A DNA stretch of 64,000 nt from an uncultured Victivallales bacterium (GTDB lineage: Bacteria > Verrucomicrobiota > Lentisphaeria > Victivallales > UBA1829), in assembly GCA_944391115.1 (NCBI GenBank), contig CALXSJ010000003.1:167574-231573 (forward strand), in the 5' to 3' direction. Under the pieces are notes generated by a model. It made no database searches. It was not told the origin of the DNA and saw nothing but the letters and a program-made list of their open reading frames with translations. The position numbers and the translations under genes are program-made. Within the stretch, counting starts at the first letter, position 1. Each line of letters opens with the position of its first letter. Positions 1 to 8,006 of this stretch are shown here, in pieces.

Positions 1-1
1 G

Positions 2-751
2 CGGACGCGCGTGTCGTTTGAAGTCGGCATTTTCGAGCTCGGCGGGCATCCGGTGTATCTGGATCAGTCCCGCACGCAGATGGGGCGCGGCGAAACGGTG
101 CCGGACACCGCGCGCGTCCTGGAGCGTTATCTTTCCGGCATCGTGATCCGGACATTCGCCCAGCAGGATCTGATCGATCTGGCCGCGAACGCGCATATCC
201 CGATCATCAACGCCCTCACGGACGATTTCCATCCCTGCCAGGCGCTGACGGACATGTTCACGATGTACGAGCACGCCGGGAAGCTGGAAGGGCTCAAGCT
301 TGCCTATCTCGGCGACGGCGCCAGCAACATGGCGAATTCGCTGATGCTGGCCTCCCAGCTCGCCGGCGTCAACATGGTGATTGCCGCGCCGGAGGAGTAC
401 AGGCCGAGGCGGGATCTGATGGAAAAGAATCTCGGACCCGGGAAATGCGCCTGGACCAAATGCGTCCGCGAGGCGATGGAGGATGCCGATTTCGTTTATA
501 CCGATGTCTGGGTCAGCATGGGATTCGAGGAGGAGTCCAAGCGGCGCATGGCGATTCTCCAGCCCTATCAGCTGAATATGGATGTGCTCAAACTTGCGAA
601 GCCCTCCGTCAAGGTTCTGCACTGCCTTCCCGCGCATCGCGGCGAAGAGATTACCGACGATGTGATGGAGTCTCCGAATTCCATCGTCTTCGATCAGGCG
701 GAGAACCGTCTGCATGTTCAGAAGGCGATCATGTCCCTGCTGATCCACTGA
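2..751 (+). CDS. argF: ornithine carbamoyltransferase, C-terminal ~250 aa (5' end outside window)
   Basis: Frame is open from the window edge. Translation carries the OTCase motifs DDFHPCQAL and HCLPAHRGEE and the C-terminal FDQAENRLHVQKA. Confidence 0.9.
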   Translation, partial: RTRVSFEVGIFELGGHPVYLDQSRTQMGRGETVPDTARVLERYLSGIVIRTFAQQDLIDLAANAHIPIINALTDDFHPCQALTDMFTMYEHAGKLEGLKLAYLGDGASNMANSLMLASQLAGVNMVIAAPEEYRPRRDLMEKNLGPGKCAWTKCVREAMEDADFVYTDVWVSMGFEEESKRRMAILQPYQLNMDVLKLAKPSVKVLHCLPAHRGEEITDDVMESPNSIVFDQAENRLHVQKAIMSLLIH

Positions 752-776
752 CCGTGTTCCGCGGATTCCGGGGAAA

Positions 777-810
777 AGCCTGAAGACCGATGTGTCTTCA
801 GGCTTTTTTC
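777..810 (+). terminator. rho-independent terminator after argF
   Basis: Perfect 11-bp stem AGCCTGAAGAC (777-787) / GTCTTCAGGCT (794-804), 6-nt loop, then a T-run at 804-809. Confidence 0.8.
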
Positions 811-857
811 TGTGCCGCGCCTGCGGAATAAAAAGTATGGAAAAGGTCCGGAACTAT

Positions 858-886
858 TTGAAAACACAGCCGGAAAGTGTTACATT
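858..886 (+). promoter_or_regulatory. candidate sigma70-type promoter for ilvC
   Basis: TTGAAA (858-863), 17-nt spacer, TACATT (881-886), about 70 nt upstream of the ilvC ATG. Confidence 0.3.
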
Positions 887-959
887 ATAGTTTTGACATG
901 GAAATTCCCAAACAATTTCTTATAAACAAAATTGCGGGGTGTCCCGCGAAGGAGCAAAA

Positions 960-1955
960 ATGGCACAGGAAGTGAAAATCCTTCATGACAAAGATGCGGA
1001 TGCATCAATCCTGAATGGGAAAACAGTCGCCGTGATCGGTTACGGCAGCCAGGGAAGCGCGCAGGCTCTCTGCATGAGAGATTCCGGCGTCAATGTGATT
1101 ATCGGTTCCAGAAAGGGACCGTCCTTTGAAAGAGCGGTTGCCGACGGGTTCCAGGTCATGTCCGCGGAAGAGGCCGCGGCGAAGGCTGATATCATTCACA
1201 TTCTTCTCCCGGATGAGTTCCACAAGGCGACCTATGACAAGGAAATCAAAAAGCATATGACCCCGGGCAAGACGCTGTCCTGCTCCCATGGTTTCAACGT
1301 CGTCTTCAAGCAGATTCTTCCTCCCGAAGGCTGCGACGTGATCATGGTTGCGCCGAAGAGCCCCGCCACGGAAGAGCGCAAGGCGTTTCTCGCGGGCTTC
1401 GGCGTTCCCGGACTGATCGCCGTCAAGCAGGATGCCTCCGGCCATGCCGCCAAGACCGCTCTTGCGATGGCGAAGGCCATGGGCTTCACCCGTGCCGGCG
1501 TTCTCGAATGCACCTTCGAGCAGGAAACTTATGAAGACCTCTTCGGCGAACAGAACGTCCTCTGCGGCGGCTGCGTCGATCTGATGAAATACGGGTTCGA
1601 AGTGCTTGTCGAAGCCGGATATCCCCCGGAAATGGCTTACTTCGAATGCATTCACGAGCTCAAGCTGATCGTCGACCTGATCTACGAAGGCGGCATTCAG
1701 AAGATGAACGCGGTCATTTCCAACACCGCGGAATTCGGCGAATACTACAACGGCCCGAAGATCATCACGCCCGATGTGAAGGAGAAAATGAAGGAATCTC
1801 TCCGCAGGATCGAAAGCGGCGAGTTCGCCAAAACCTTCCTGGCCGAAATTGCCAACGGTTCTCCGGAACTGCTCGGCAAGCGCAAGGCTCTGGGCGATCA
1901 TATTGCGGAAGTCACCGGCAGAAAGATCCGTGCTCTCTTTGAGCGCAAAGCCTGA
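960..1955 (+). CDS. ilvC: ketol-acid reductoisomerase
   Basis: MAQEVKILHDKDAD...VAVIGYGSQGSAQA (GxGxQG NADPH motif) with full-length KARI-like sequence. ATG at 960 is preceded by AAGGAG; the GTG at 939 in the ORF track is probably not the start. Confidence 0.95.
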   Translation: MAQEVKILHDKDADASILNGKTVAVIGYGSQGSAQALCMRDSGVNVIIGSRKGPSFERAVADGFQVMSAEEAAAKADIIHILLPDEFHKATYDKEIKKHMTPGKTLSCSHGFNVVFKQILPPEGCDVIMVAPKSPATEERKAFLAGFGVPGLIAVKQDASGHAAKTALAMAKAMGFTRAGVLECTFEQETYEDLFGEQNVLCGGCVDLMKYGFEVLVEAGYPPEMAYFECIHELKLIVDLIYEGGIQKMNAVISNTAEFGEYYNGPKIITPDVKEKMKESLRRIESGEFAKTFLAEIANGSPELLGKRKALGDHIAEVTGRKIRALFERKA

Positions 1956-1976
1956 TTGCCGCAGGATTGCAGAAAG

Positions 1977-2011
1977 AAAAAGGACGCTCCTGCAAGGGCG
2001 CGTCCTTTTTT
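1977..2011. terminator. bidirectional intrinsic terminator between convergent ilvC and hydrolase gene
   Basis: GGACGC (1982-1987) pairs with GCGTCC (2000-2005). The hairpin is flanked by an A-run upstream and a T-run (2006-2011) downstream, so it reads as hairpin+U on both strands. Confidence 0.7.
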
Positions 2012-2056
2012 ATGGATGTTTTCCGGGGATGTTTCCCGAGAAGTGATCCGGAGACG

Positions 2057-2998
2057 TTATTTTGCCAGTTCCGTCTGTCCGCCTGTTTCCGGCGCCGGTT
2101 TTCCCGCGGACCAGTCCGGCGCATGGGCGGCGTTCTGTCTGGACAGCCACTCCATCGCAGGCCAGGGCAGGAGGTCGTGCCCGCCTTCAAAAAGCGTCAG
2201 ACGCACGCGCCGGGACTGTTTCCGCAGATGGATGACGCGTCCGGCGAAGGCGGGATCGGCTGCAGGGGCGGCAAGATGCTCCGGAATCCGCTCATGTTCG
2301 ACAATGAAGGCAATGTCCGCTTCGGAGATCCTGTCCTCCGGTGCGGCAAGCAGGTTGTAGGCGCGGATCGCCTGGCTGACCGGAACGCTTCCCGTGTGCC
2401 CGTCATGAATGCCCGTGCTGATGTCGACTGTCAGGTCCGCCGCGTTCGGCAGCCAGGTCAGGGGCGAACGTTTCCGGGCTTCTTTCGCCGCATGTTCCGA
2501 GCGTGCCGGATCGCCTCCGCAGGCGGATTCGATGTGTTCGGAATATCCCCTGCAGCGGGTGTTGAGACACTCTCTGTGCCATGCCGCGATATCGGAGATC
2601 GGACACCATGCGCTGACCGCCGTCCAGAGATCGGGACGGCGTCCCGCCATCAGAAGCGTGCAGTGTCCCCCGCCGGAACCGCCCGCAAGATAGATTCGCG
2701 CGGGATCGACATCTGCCGTCTTTTTCATGTGCGCGACCGCGTCTTCCAGGTCGGAGACCACCAGCTCGGAGCCGCATCCGTCTTCCAGCCAGTTCGGTCC
2801 CCGGAAATTCGGGAAAATGAAATTCCAGTTCCAGGCAATGCAGAGGTCCGCATAGTTCGCGCATGGCTGCGTGAAGTCGCCGCTCCATGTGTGGAGTGCG
2901 ACAAGAAGCGGGCGCGGCTCATTCCCTTCGGCAAAATATGCCATCGCGGGCTGCTGTGTTCCATCGAATTTGCATGGACAGGTAATTTTCCGAATCAT
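2057..2998 (-). CDS. alpha/beta hydrolase (S9 peptidase / esterase-like)
   Basis: 313 aa with nucleophile-elbow-like LAGGSGGGH and an alpha/beta-hydrolase-like layout. No signal peptide seen. Confidence 0.6.
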   Translation of the reverse strand: MIRKITCPCKFDGTQQPAMAYFAEGNEPRPLLVALHTWSGDFTQPCANYADLCIAWNWNFIFPNFRGPNWLEDGCGSELVVSDLEDAVAHMKKTADVDPARIYLAGGSGGGHCTLLMAGRRPDLWTAVSAWCPISDIAAWHRECLNTRCRGYSEHIESACGGDPARSEHAAKEARKRSPLTWLPNAADLTVDISTGIHDGHTGSVPVSQAIRAYNLLAAPEDRISEADIAFIVEHERIPEHLAAPAADPAFAGRVIHLRKQSRRVRLTLFEGGHDLLPWPAMEWLSRQNAAHAPDWSAGKPAPETGGQTELAK

Positions 2999-3035
2999 GT
3001 CACGGCTCCTTGTTTTGACGGAATCCAGATGCTTG

Positions 3036-5702
3036 TCAGTTCAGGGATTTCAGAGCTTCTTCAACTCTTGCGAGTTTCTCCTTCATTTCCGCCAGGTGCG
3101 TTTTCGCGTCCTCGACGACTTTCGGCGGCGCCTTGGCGAGGAATCCCGGATTGCCGAGCTTTGCCTCGGACCCCTTGATCCAGCCGAGAAGCTCCTTTTT
3201 CTGCTTGTTCAGCTTGGCGGTTTCCGCCTCGACGTCGATGACGCCCTTGAGCGGCAGGAAGATTGCGCCTGCGTTGACGAGCGCCGACGGTGCGCCGGTT
3301 CCGTCTTCCGCCCGGTAGTCTTCCTGCGAAACCGTGACTTCCTCGGCATTGAGCAGGAATTTGAGATTTCCGGTTTCATTGCGGAGGAATGTTTCCTGTG
3401 CGTCCGTTGCCGCCTTGATATGATATTTGAGTTTCCTTCCCGGTGCGATGTCGTAGGAGATGCGCAGATTTCTGCCCGCACGGACGAGTTCGAACTTGTC
3501 TTCCACCTGCCCCAGCACCGTGTCGAGTCCGTCGGCAAGAGCGCCGAGTCCGAGCTTCTCAAGCGTTTCCGGATAGTGCGCATACATGATGCTTTCGTCT
3601 TCTTTGAGGAAGTCCATCTGATGGGCGAGTTCCTCCGTGACGAACGGCATGAACGGATGCAGGAGCCGCAGAAGCTTCCAGAGCACGAAGTCCAGCACGG
3701 CGAGCGTCTGCTTCTTCGCCTCGGGATCTCCGTAGAGACGCGGCTTGCACGATTCGATGAACCAGTCGCAGAACGTGCTCCAGACCATCTCATAAATATC
3801 ATGGGCGGCCTGATGGAACTTGAATCCCTCCAGTGCCTCTCGCGCCGATCTGATCGTGCGGTCGGTCCAGGCGAGAATCCATTTTTCGTCCGGGGCGAGC
3901 TTCGCCGGATCGATTCCGGCAAGGTTCCGGAAGTTTTCGGAAACGGCGCCCTGCATCTTCCGGAAGCGGCAGGCGTTCCAGAGCTTGTTCGCGAAATTGC
4001 GCCCGATTTCACATTTTTCATTCGCGTAGCGGATGTCCATGCCGATCGGGGCGATGTAGATGATCGAGAAGCGCAGCGCGTCCGCGCCGTAGCGGGCGAT
4101 CACGTCCAGCGGGTCGGGCGAGTTGCCGAGCGACTTGCTGAGCTTGCGCCCGAGGTCGTCGCGGATGATGCTCGTGAAATAGACGTTGCGGAACGGGGGA
4201 GCCCCCTTGAATTCGTAGCCTGCCATAATCATGCGCGCGACCCAGAAGAAGATGATGTCCGGGCCGGTCACGAGATCGTTGGTCGGGTAGAAATACTTCT
4301 GTTCCGGCGTGTCCTTGGGCCAGCCCATGATCGAGAACGGCCACAGCCATGAGCTGAACCAGGTATCCAGCACGTCCTCGTCCTGCCGCCAGTTGTCTCC
4401 TTCGGGCGGATTCACGCCGACATAGACTTCGTTTTTCTCGTTGTACCACGCGGGAATCCGGTGACCCCACCAGATCTGGCGGCTGATGCACCAGTCCTTG
4501 ATGTTTTCCATCCAGTGGAAATAGGTTTTGGTCCAGCGTTCCGGATAGAAGCGGATCGTGCCGTTGCGGACGGCCTCGATGGCCGGTTTGGCGAGTTCGT
4601 CCATCTTGACGAACCACTGTTCGCTGAGCATCGGTTCGACGGGAACGCCGCCGCGCTCGGAGTAGCCGACCGCGTGAACGAGATCCTCGATCTTGTCAAG
4701 CAGTCCGAGCCGTTCCATGTCCGCCACGACCTGCTTGCGGCATTCGAAACGGTCGAGTCCCGCGTATTTTCCGGCGCGTTCGTTCATTTTCGCGTCTTTG
4801 GTGAACACGTTGATGAAATCGAGATTGTGACGCAGTCCGACCTCGAAGTCGTTCGGATCGTGCGCGGGCGTGATTTTCACGCATCCGGTGCCTTTTTCCG
4901 GATCGGCGTGGGGATCCTCGATGATCGGGATTTTGCGGTCCGTCAGCGGGAGGTCCACGGTTTTTCCGACAAGGTGACGGTAGCGCGGATCGCCGATCGG
5001 AACCGCCACGGCTGTATCTCCGAGCATGGTTTCCGGACGGGTCGTCGCGACGATCAGGAAGCCGGAACCGTCGGAGAGCGGATATTTGAAGTGGTAGAAC
5101 TTGCCGTTCTCCTCCTTGTAGACGACCTCTTCGTCGGAAAGGGCCGTTCTGGAGACCGGGCACCAGTTTATCATGCGCTTGCCGCGCTTGATGTAGCCTT
5201 TTTCATAGAGCTGGACGAACACCTGTTTGACCGCGTCGCTGAGCCCCTCGTCCATCGTGAAGCGTTCGCGTTCCCAGTCGCAGGAGGTTCCGAGCTTGCG
5301 GAGCTGGCGGATGATCGTTCCGCCGTACTGCTCGCGCCAGGACCAGACACGCTTCACGAACTCTTCGCGTCCGAGCTCGTCGCGGCTTGTGCCCTCCTTT
5401 TCGCGCAGATACTTTTCCACGCGGCTTTCCGTGGCGATTCCGGCGTGATCGGTGCCGGGGAACCAGCAGACCTCGTCTCCTTCCATCCGGTGCCAGCGAG
5501 CGAGAATGTCCTGAAGCGTGTTGTTGAGCACATGCCCCATCGTCAGGATTCCCGTGACGTTCGGCGGCGGAATGACGATGGAATAAGGTTTTTTCGCAGG
5601 ATCGGGCCTGCCGTGGAACAGCCCGTTGCTTTCCCACCACGAATACCATTTTTCCTCGACGGCCGAGGATTCATATGCTTTGGGCATCTCTGCGTTCGAC
5701 AT
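3036..5702 (-). CDS. valS: valine--tRNA ligase
   Basis: 888 aa. PPPNVTGILTMGHVLN (HIGH-type motif), KLSKSLGN (KMSKS), and a C-terminal coiled coil typical of ValRS. Confidence 0.97.
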   Translation of the reverse strand: MSNAEMPKAYESSAVEEKWYSWWESNGLFHGRPDPAKKPYSIVIPPPNVTGILTMGHVLNNTLQDILARWHRMEGDEVCWFPGTDHAGIATESRVEKYLREKEGTSRDELGREEFVKRVWSWREQYGGTIIRQLRKLGTSCDWERERFTMDEGLSDAVKQVFVQLYEKGYIKRGKRMINWCPVSRTALSDEEVVYKEENGKFYHFKYPLSDGSGFLIVATTRPETMLGDTAVAVPIGDPRYRHLVGKTVDLPLTDRKIPIIEDPHADPEKGTGCVKITPAHDPNDFEVGLRHNLDFINVFTKDAKMNERAGKYAGLDRFECRKQVVADMERLGLLDKIEDLVHAVGYSERGGVPVEPMLSEQWFVKMDELAKPAIEAVRNGTIRFYPERWTKTYFHWMENIKDWCISRQIWWGHRIPAWYNEKNEVYVGVNPPEGDNWRQDEDVLDTWFSSWLWPFSIMGWPKDTPEQKYFYPTNDLVTGPDIIFFWVARMIMAGYEFKGAPPFRNVYFTSIIRDDLGRKLSKSLGNSPDPLDVIARYGADALRFSIIYIAPIGMDIRYANEKCEIGRNFANKLWNACRFRKMQGAVSENFRNLAGIDPAKLAPDEKWILAWTDRTIRSAREALEGFKFHQAAHDIYEMVWSTFCDWFIESCKPRLYGDPEAKKQTLAVLDFVLWKLLRLLHPFMPFVTEELAHQMDFLKEDESIMYAHYPETLEKLGLGALADGLDTVLGQVEDKFELVRAGRNLRISYDIAPGRKLKYHIKAATDAQETFLRNETGNLKFLLNAEEVTVSQEDYRAEDGTGAPSALVNAGAIFLPLKGVIDVEAETAKLNKQKKELLGWIKGSEAKLGNPGFLAKAPPKVVEDAKTHLAEMKEKLARVEEALKSLN

Positions 5703-5751
5703 GACATCACTCCAGAATAATTGTGTTGAAGACGGATTTTTGAAAATGCTT

Positions 5752-5779
5752 AATATACTGCAAAGCCTGCGGATTACAA
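5752..5779 (-). promoter_or_regulatory. candidate sigma70-type promoter for valS
   Basis: On the minus strand, TTGTAA (5779-5774), 16-nt spacer, TATATT (5757-5752), about 45 nt upstream of the valS ATG. Confidence 0.35.
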
Positions 5780-6271
5780 ATATTCGGGAAAAGAAAAACG
5801 CGCATCCCTCCCGGAATTCTCCGGAGTCAGACGCCTTCCCGGATTTTCAGGCTCGGAAGAAGCCCGCCCCTGCGTGCGTCCGGGCGTCAAACTGTTCCGA
5901 TCTCCTGGCCGGCCGGACGATTTGGAACAGAAAACTGCAATCAGGTCATGGGAAGACGGCTTTCGGTGCACGATTGCGGCGCTGCCCGTGATACAGGTGC
6001 TGGACTGTCTTCCTGATATGCCGGCAGAATCGAAAAAGAGGTCCGCTGAAGCGTCTCCGGCACAATCGGGGACCCCGTCTCTGAGGTTTGTGTGCCGGTT
6101 ACAGGCGGCACCGGAGGCGTCTTCATGTCCGCCAGAGCGTCGGAAAGGGAATCCGCTCTCCCCGGTTATGTCCGCGTCGCAGTTCCCCGCCCGGCGGATG
6201 GCTTAACCGCAGCTGCTATGCTTCTGACGTCCGGATCCCGTGAGAAAGCGCCTTGCAGATCACCACTGCCA

Positions 6272-7375
6272 TTACAGTCTGACGGCACAGTCCTCGTAGA
6301 TGGAATCATAGGCGGCATTCATCACCCTGACCGCATTCAGGCCATCCGCAAGAGAAGACTCCGGCATACTTCGCTCACCGCGCACGCATGCGGCAAAACT
6401 GCCGGCAAGGGTGTCATCGGGATTCAGCCTTGGACGAGGCGCCATGTCAACGATCAGACGGTCCGGCGAAGCATAGTTTTTTCCCACGACATAAAGCGGT
6501 TTGTCGAAATAATCCGCCGCGTAATACCCCTTGTCCCCTGTGATTTTCAGACTGCATTCCAGAGACTTCGGCCACAGCAGGCGTCGCGCGGGAACCCGTT
6601 CCTCCAGATTCGTATAGGAGGGGTTGATGAAGAAAGGTACTCCGCCGTCGAGTTTCCCTGTGATTGCCACATGATCCTCCACTTTCAGGTGTCCGCGCTG
6701 GTTCCGTGCCGACATCCCATACACCTCGCGGAACTCCAGCCCGGTGATCCAGCGGATCAGGTCAAAGGGATGCGGGTGGTCGGTCAGCGCTCCGCCCCGG
6801 AAATAATCCGCTCCAGGACGGATCGGTACAACCCTGCCGTAAGACAACTCCGGATCGCCCCAGTTCGGAAAGTAGTTGCACGGACTCTGCGAGATGTTCG
6901 TCAGATAGACCGACTGTATTTTCCCGAGATGCCCCGAACGGACCAGTTTCCGCGCATGCCGGAACTGCGGATTGAAATGAAGTTCCAGCTCGACCTGAAT
7001 CGTCTTCGGATAGACGGAACTCCATTTCAGGAGCTTCATCCCTTCATCGGGGTCCATCGTCGGAACCTTGGCGCTGTAAATGTGGAGGCGTCGCGCCATC
7101 GCCTCCCTGAACATTTCGAAATGATGCTTGTTGTCGCTCCCGATCTGAACGGCGTCCGCTTCGGGATGGGCGTCAAGCATTTTCCGCCAGTCGGAGTAAT
7201 ACTTGACGTTTTTGTTTTTCAATATTTTCCTGATATTGCCCATGCGCGCCGGATCGTCCTCCGCCACAGCAAGGATCTTCCACGGATATTCGGGATCATC
7301 CGCAAAACCGCGGCAGTATCCGGGGATGTGCGGATTGGCAGTGCCCGCAATCAGAATTCCGATTTGTTCTTTCAT
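6272..7375 (-). CDS. Gfo/Idh/MocA-family oxidoreductase
   Basis: 367 aa. N-terminal Rossmann-like IGILIAG...AVAEDDP...SDNKHH followed by an alpha/beta C-terminal domain. Assignment by overall pattern only. Confidence 0.6.
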   Translation of the reverse strand: MKEQIGILIAGTANPHIPGYCRGFADDPEYPWKILAVAEDDPARMGNIRKILKNKNVKYYSDWRKMLDAHPEADAVQIGSDNKHHFEMFREAMARRLHIYSAKVPTMDPDEGMKLLKWSSVYPKTIQVELELHFNPQFRHARKLVRSGHLGKIQSVYLTNISQSPCNYFPNWGDPELSYGRVVPIRPGADYFRGGALTDHPHPFDLIRWITGLEFREVYGMSARNQRGHLKVEDHVAITGKLDGGVPFFINPSYTNLEERVPARRLLWPKSLECSLKITGDKGYYAADYFDKPLYVVGKNYASPDRLIVDMAPRPRLNPDDTLAGSFAACVRGERSMPESSLADGLNAVRVMNAAYDSIYEDCAVRL

Positions 7376-7426
7376 TGTCCCGCCGCCTTTCTGACGGTTT
7401 CCGCCATCTGCTCATATCCGCTCATT

Positions 7427-7942
7427 TCAGGGGGGGGCTTTCAGACGGCAGAGCGCCCTGATGTTCTCCAATGTCCCGCCGGCGATTTCCGGTTCACAGG
7501 AGTCCACCGTAAATCTGTGAAGTCCAGATTCATCGGCCAAGACGGAGCCCTCTTCATTGAAATGTCCGACGAGCGGCTGGTTGGTCAGATGTCCATGTGT
7601 GAAATTGGCCTTGATGAAAAAGGTGTCCGGCATGGAATCCGGCAGTGTCTCATTCATCTCGAACTCCGCGACAATCCTGTTTTCAAATGCGGCCAGAGCA
7701 AAAAGGTTGTTCCGTCCGGGAACTTTCTCGATATGAAGTTTTTTCAGTCCGCATCCCGCCAGATCCTCCGCCAGACAAAGATAGTGCACCAGACTGCCAT
7801 ACAGGAACTCATCGCCGGAGGAGGCCGATTTCCCCGGCCTCTGCCATGTAAAGCGCAGGGAACAGAGTTCTCCGCATGTGCCGTTGCGCGCCATTTCCCG
7901 GATCCGGCGGAATACATCCCAATACAACCATGAATTCTTCAT
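7427..7942 (-). CDS. hypothetical protein resembling only the C-terminal domain of Gfo/Idh/MocA oxidoreductases
   Basis: 171 aa, same strand and immediately upstream of the full-length oxidoreductase. Has the ...IREMARNGTCGELCSLRFTW... pattern but no Rossmann N-terminus. Confidence 0.4.
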   Translation of the reverse strand: MKNSWLYWDVFRRIREMARNGTCGELCSLRFTWQRPGKSASSGDEFLYGSLVHYLCLAEDLAGCGLKKLHIEKVPGRNNLFALAAFENRIVAEFEMNETLPDSMPDTFFIKANFTHGHLTNQPLVGHFNEEGSVLADESGLHRFTVDSCEPEIAGGTLENIRALCRLKAPP

Positions 7943-8006
7943 TTCAGAACCTTCTCTGCTTGAAAATCAATTTTCCGCAGGGAAATATTGCAATCCCGTT
8001 TTCTTC

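Noticed and set aside
445-783. 112-aa ORF overlapping the 3' half of argF in another frame.
   Set aside because: Arg-rich translation with no motif, and it lies entirely inside the well-supported OTCase reading frame.
4461-5720. Long antisense ORFs opposite real genes. Examples: 2871-4352 and 4461-5720 vs valS, 13996-15312 vs murA, 26591-27892 vs icd, 31480-33420 vs gcvT/gcvH, 34283-36349 vs recN.
   Set aside because: Their translations are Arg/Pro/Gly/Ala-rich with no recognisable motifs, while the opposite strand encodes full-length, motif-bearing housekeeping proteins. These are typical shadow ORFs of GC-rich DNA.
5703-6271. RNase P RNA, tmRNA, SRP RNA or 6S RNA in the large gap upstream of valS.
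   Set aside because: By eye I found no GGAAAGUCC-type P4 sequence, no tmRNA acceptor-like 3' end or tag ORF, and no SRP GGAA/AGCA symmetric-loop hairpin on either strand. A covariance-model scan is still needed.
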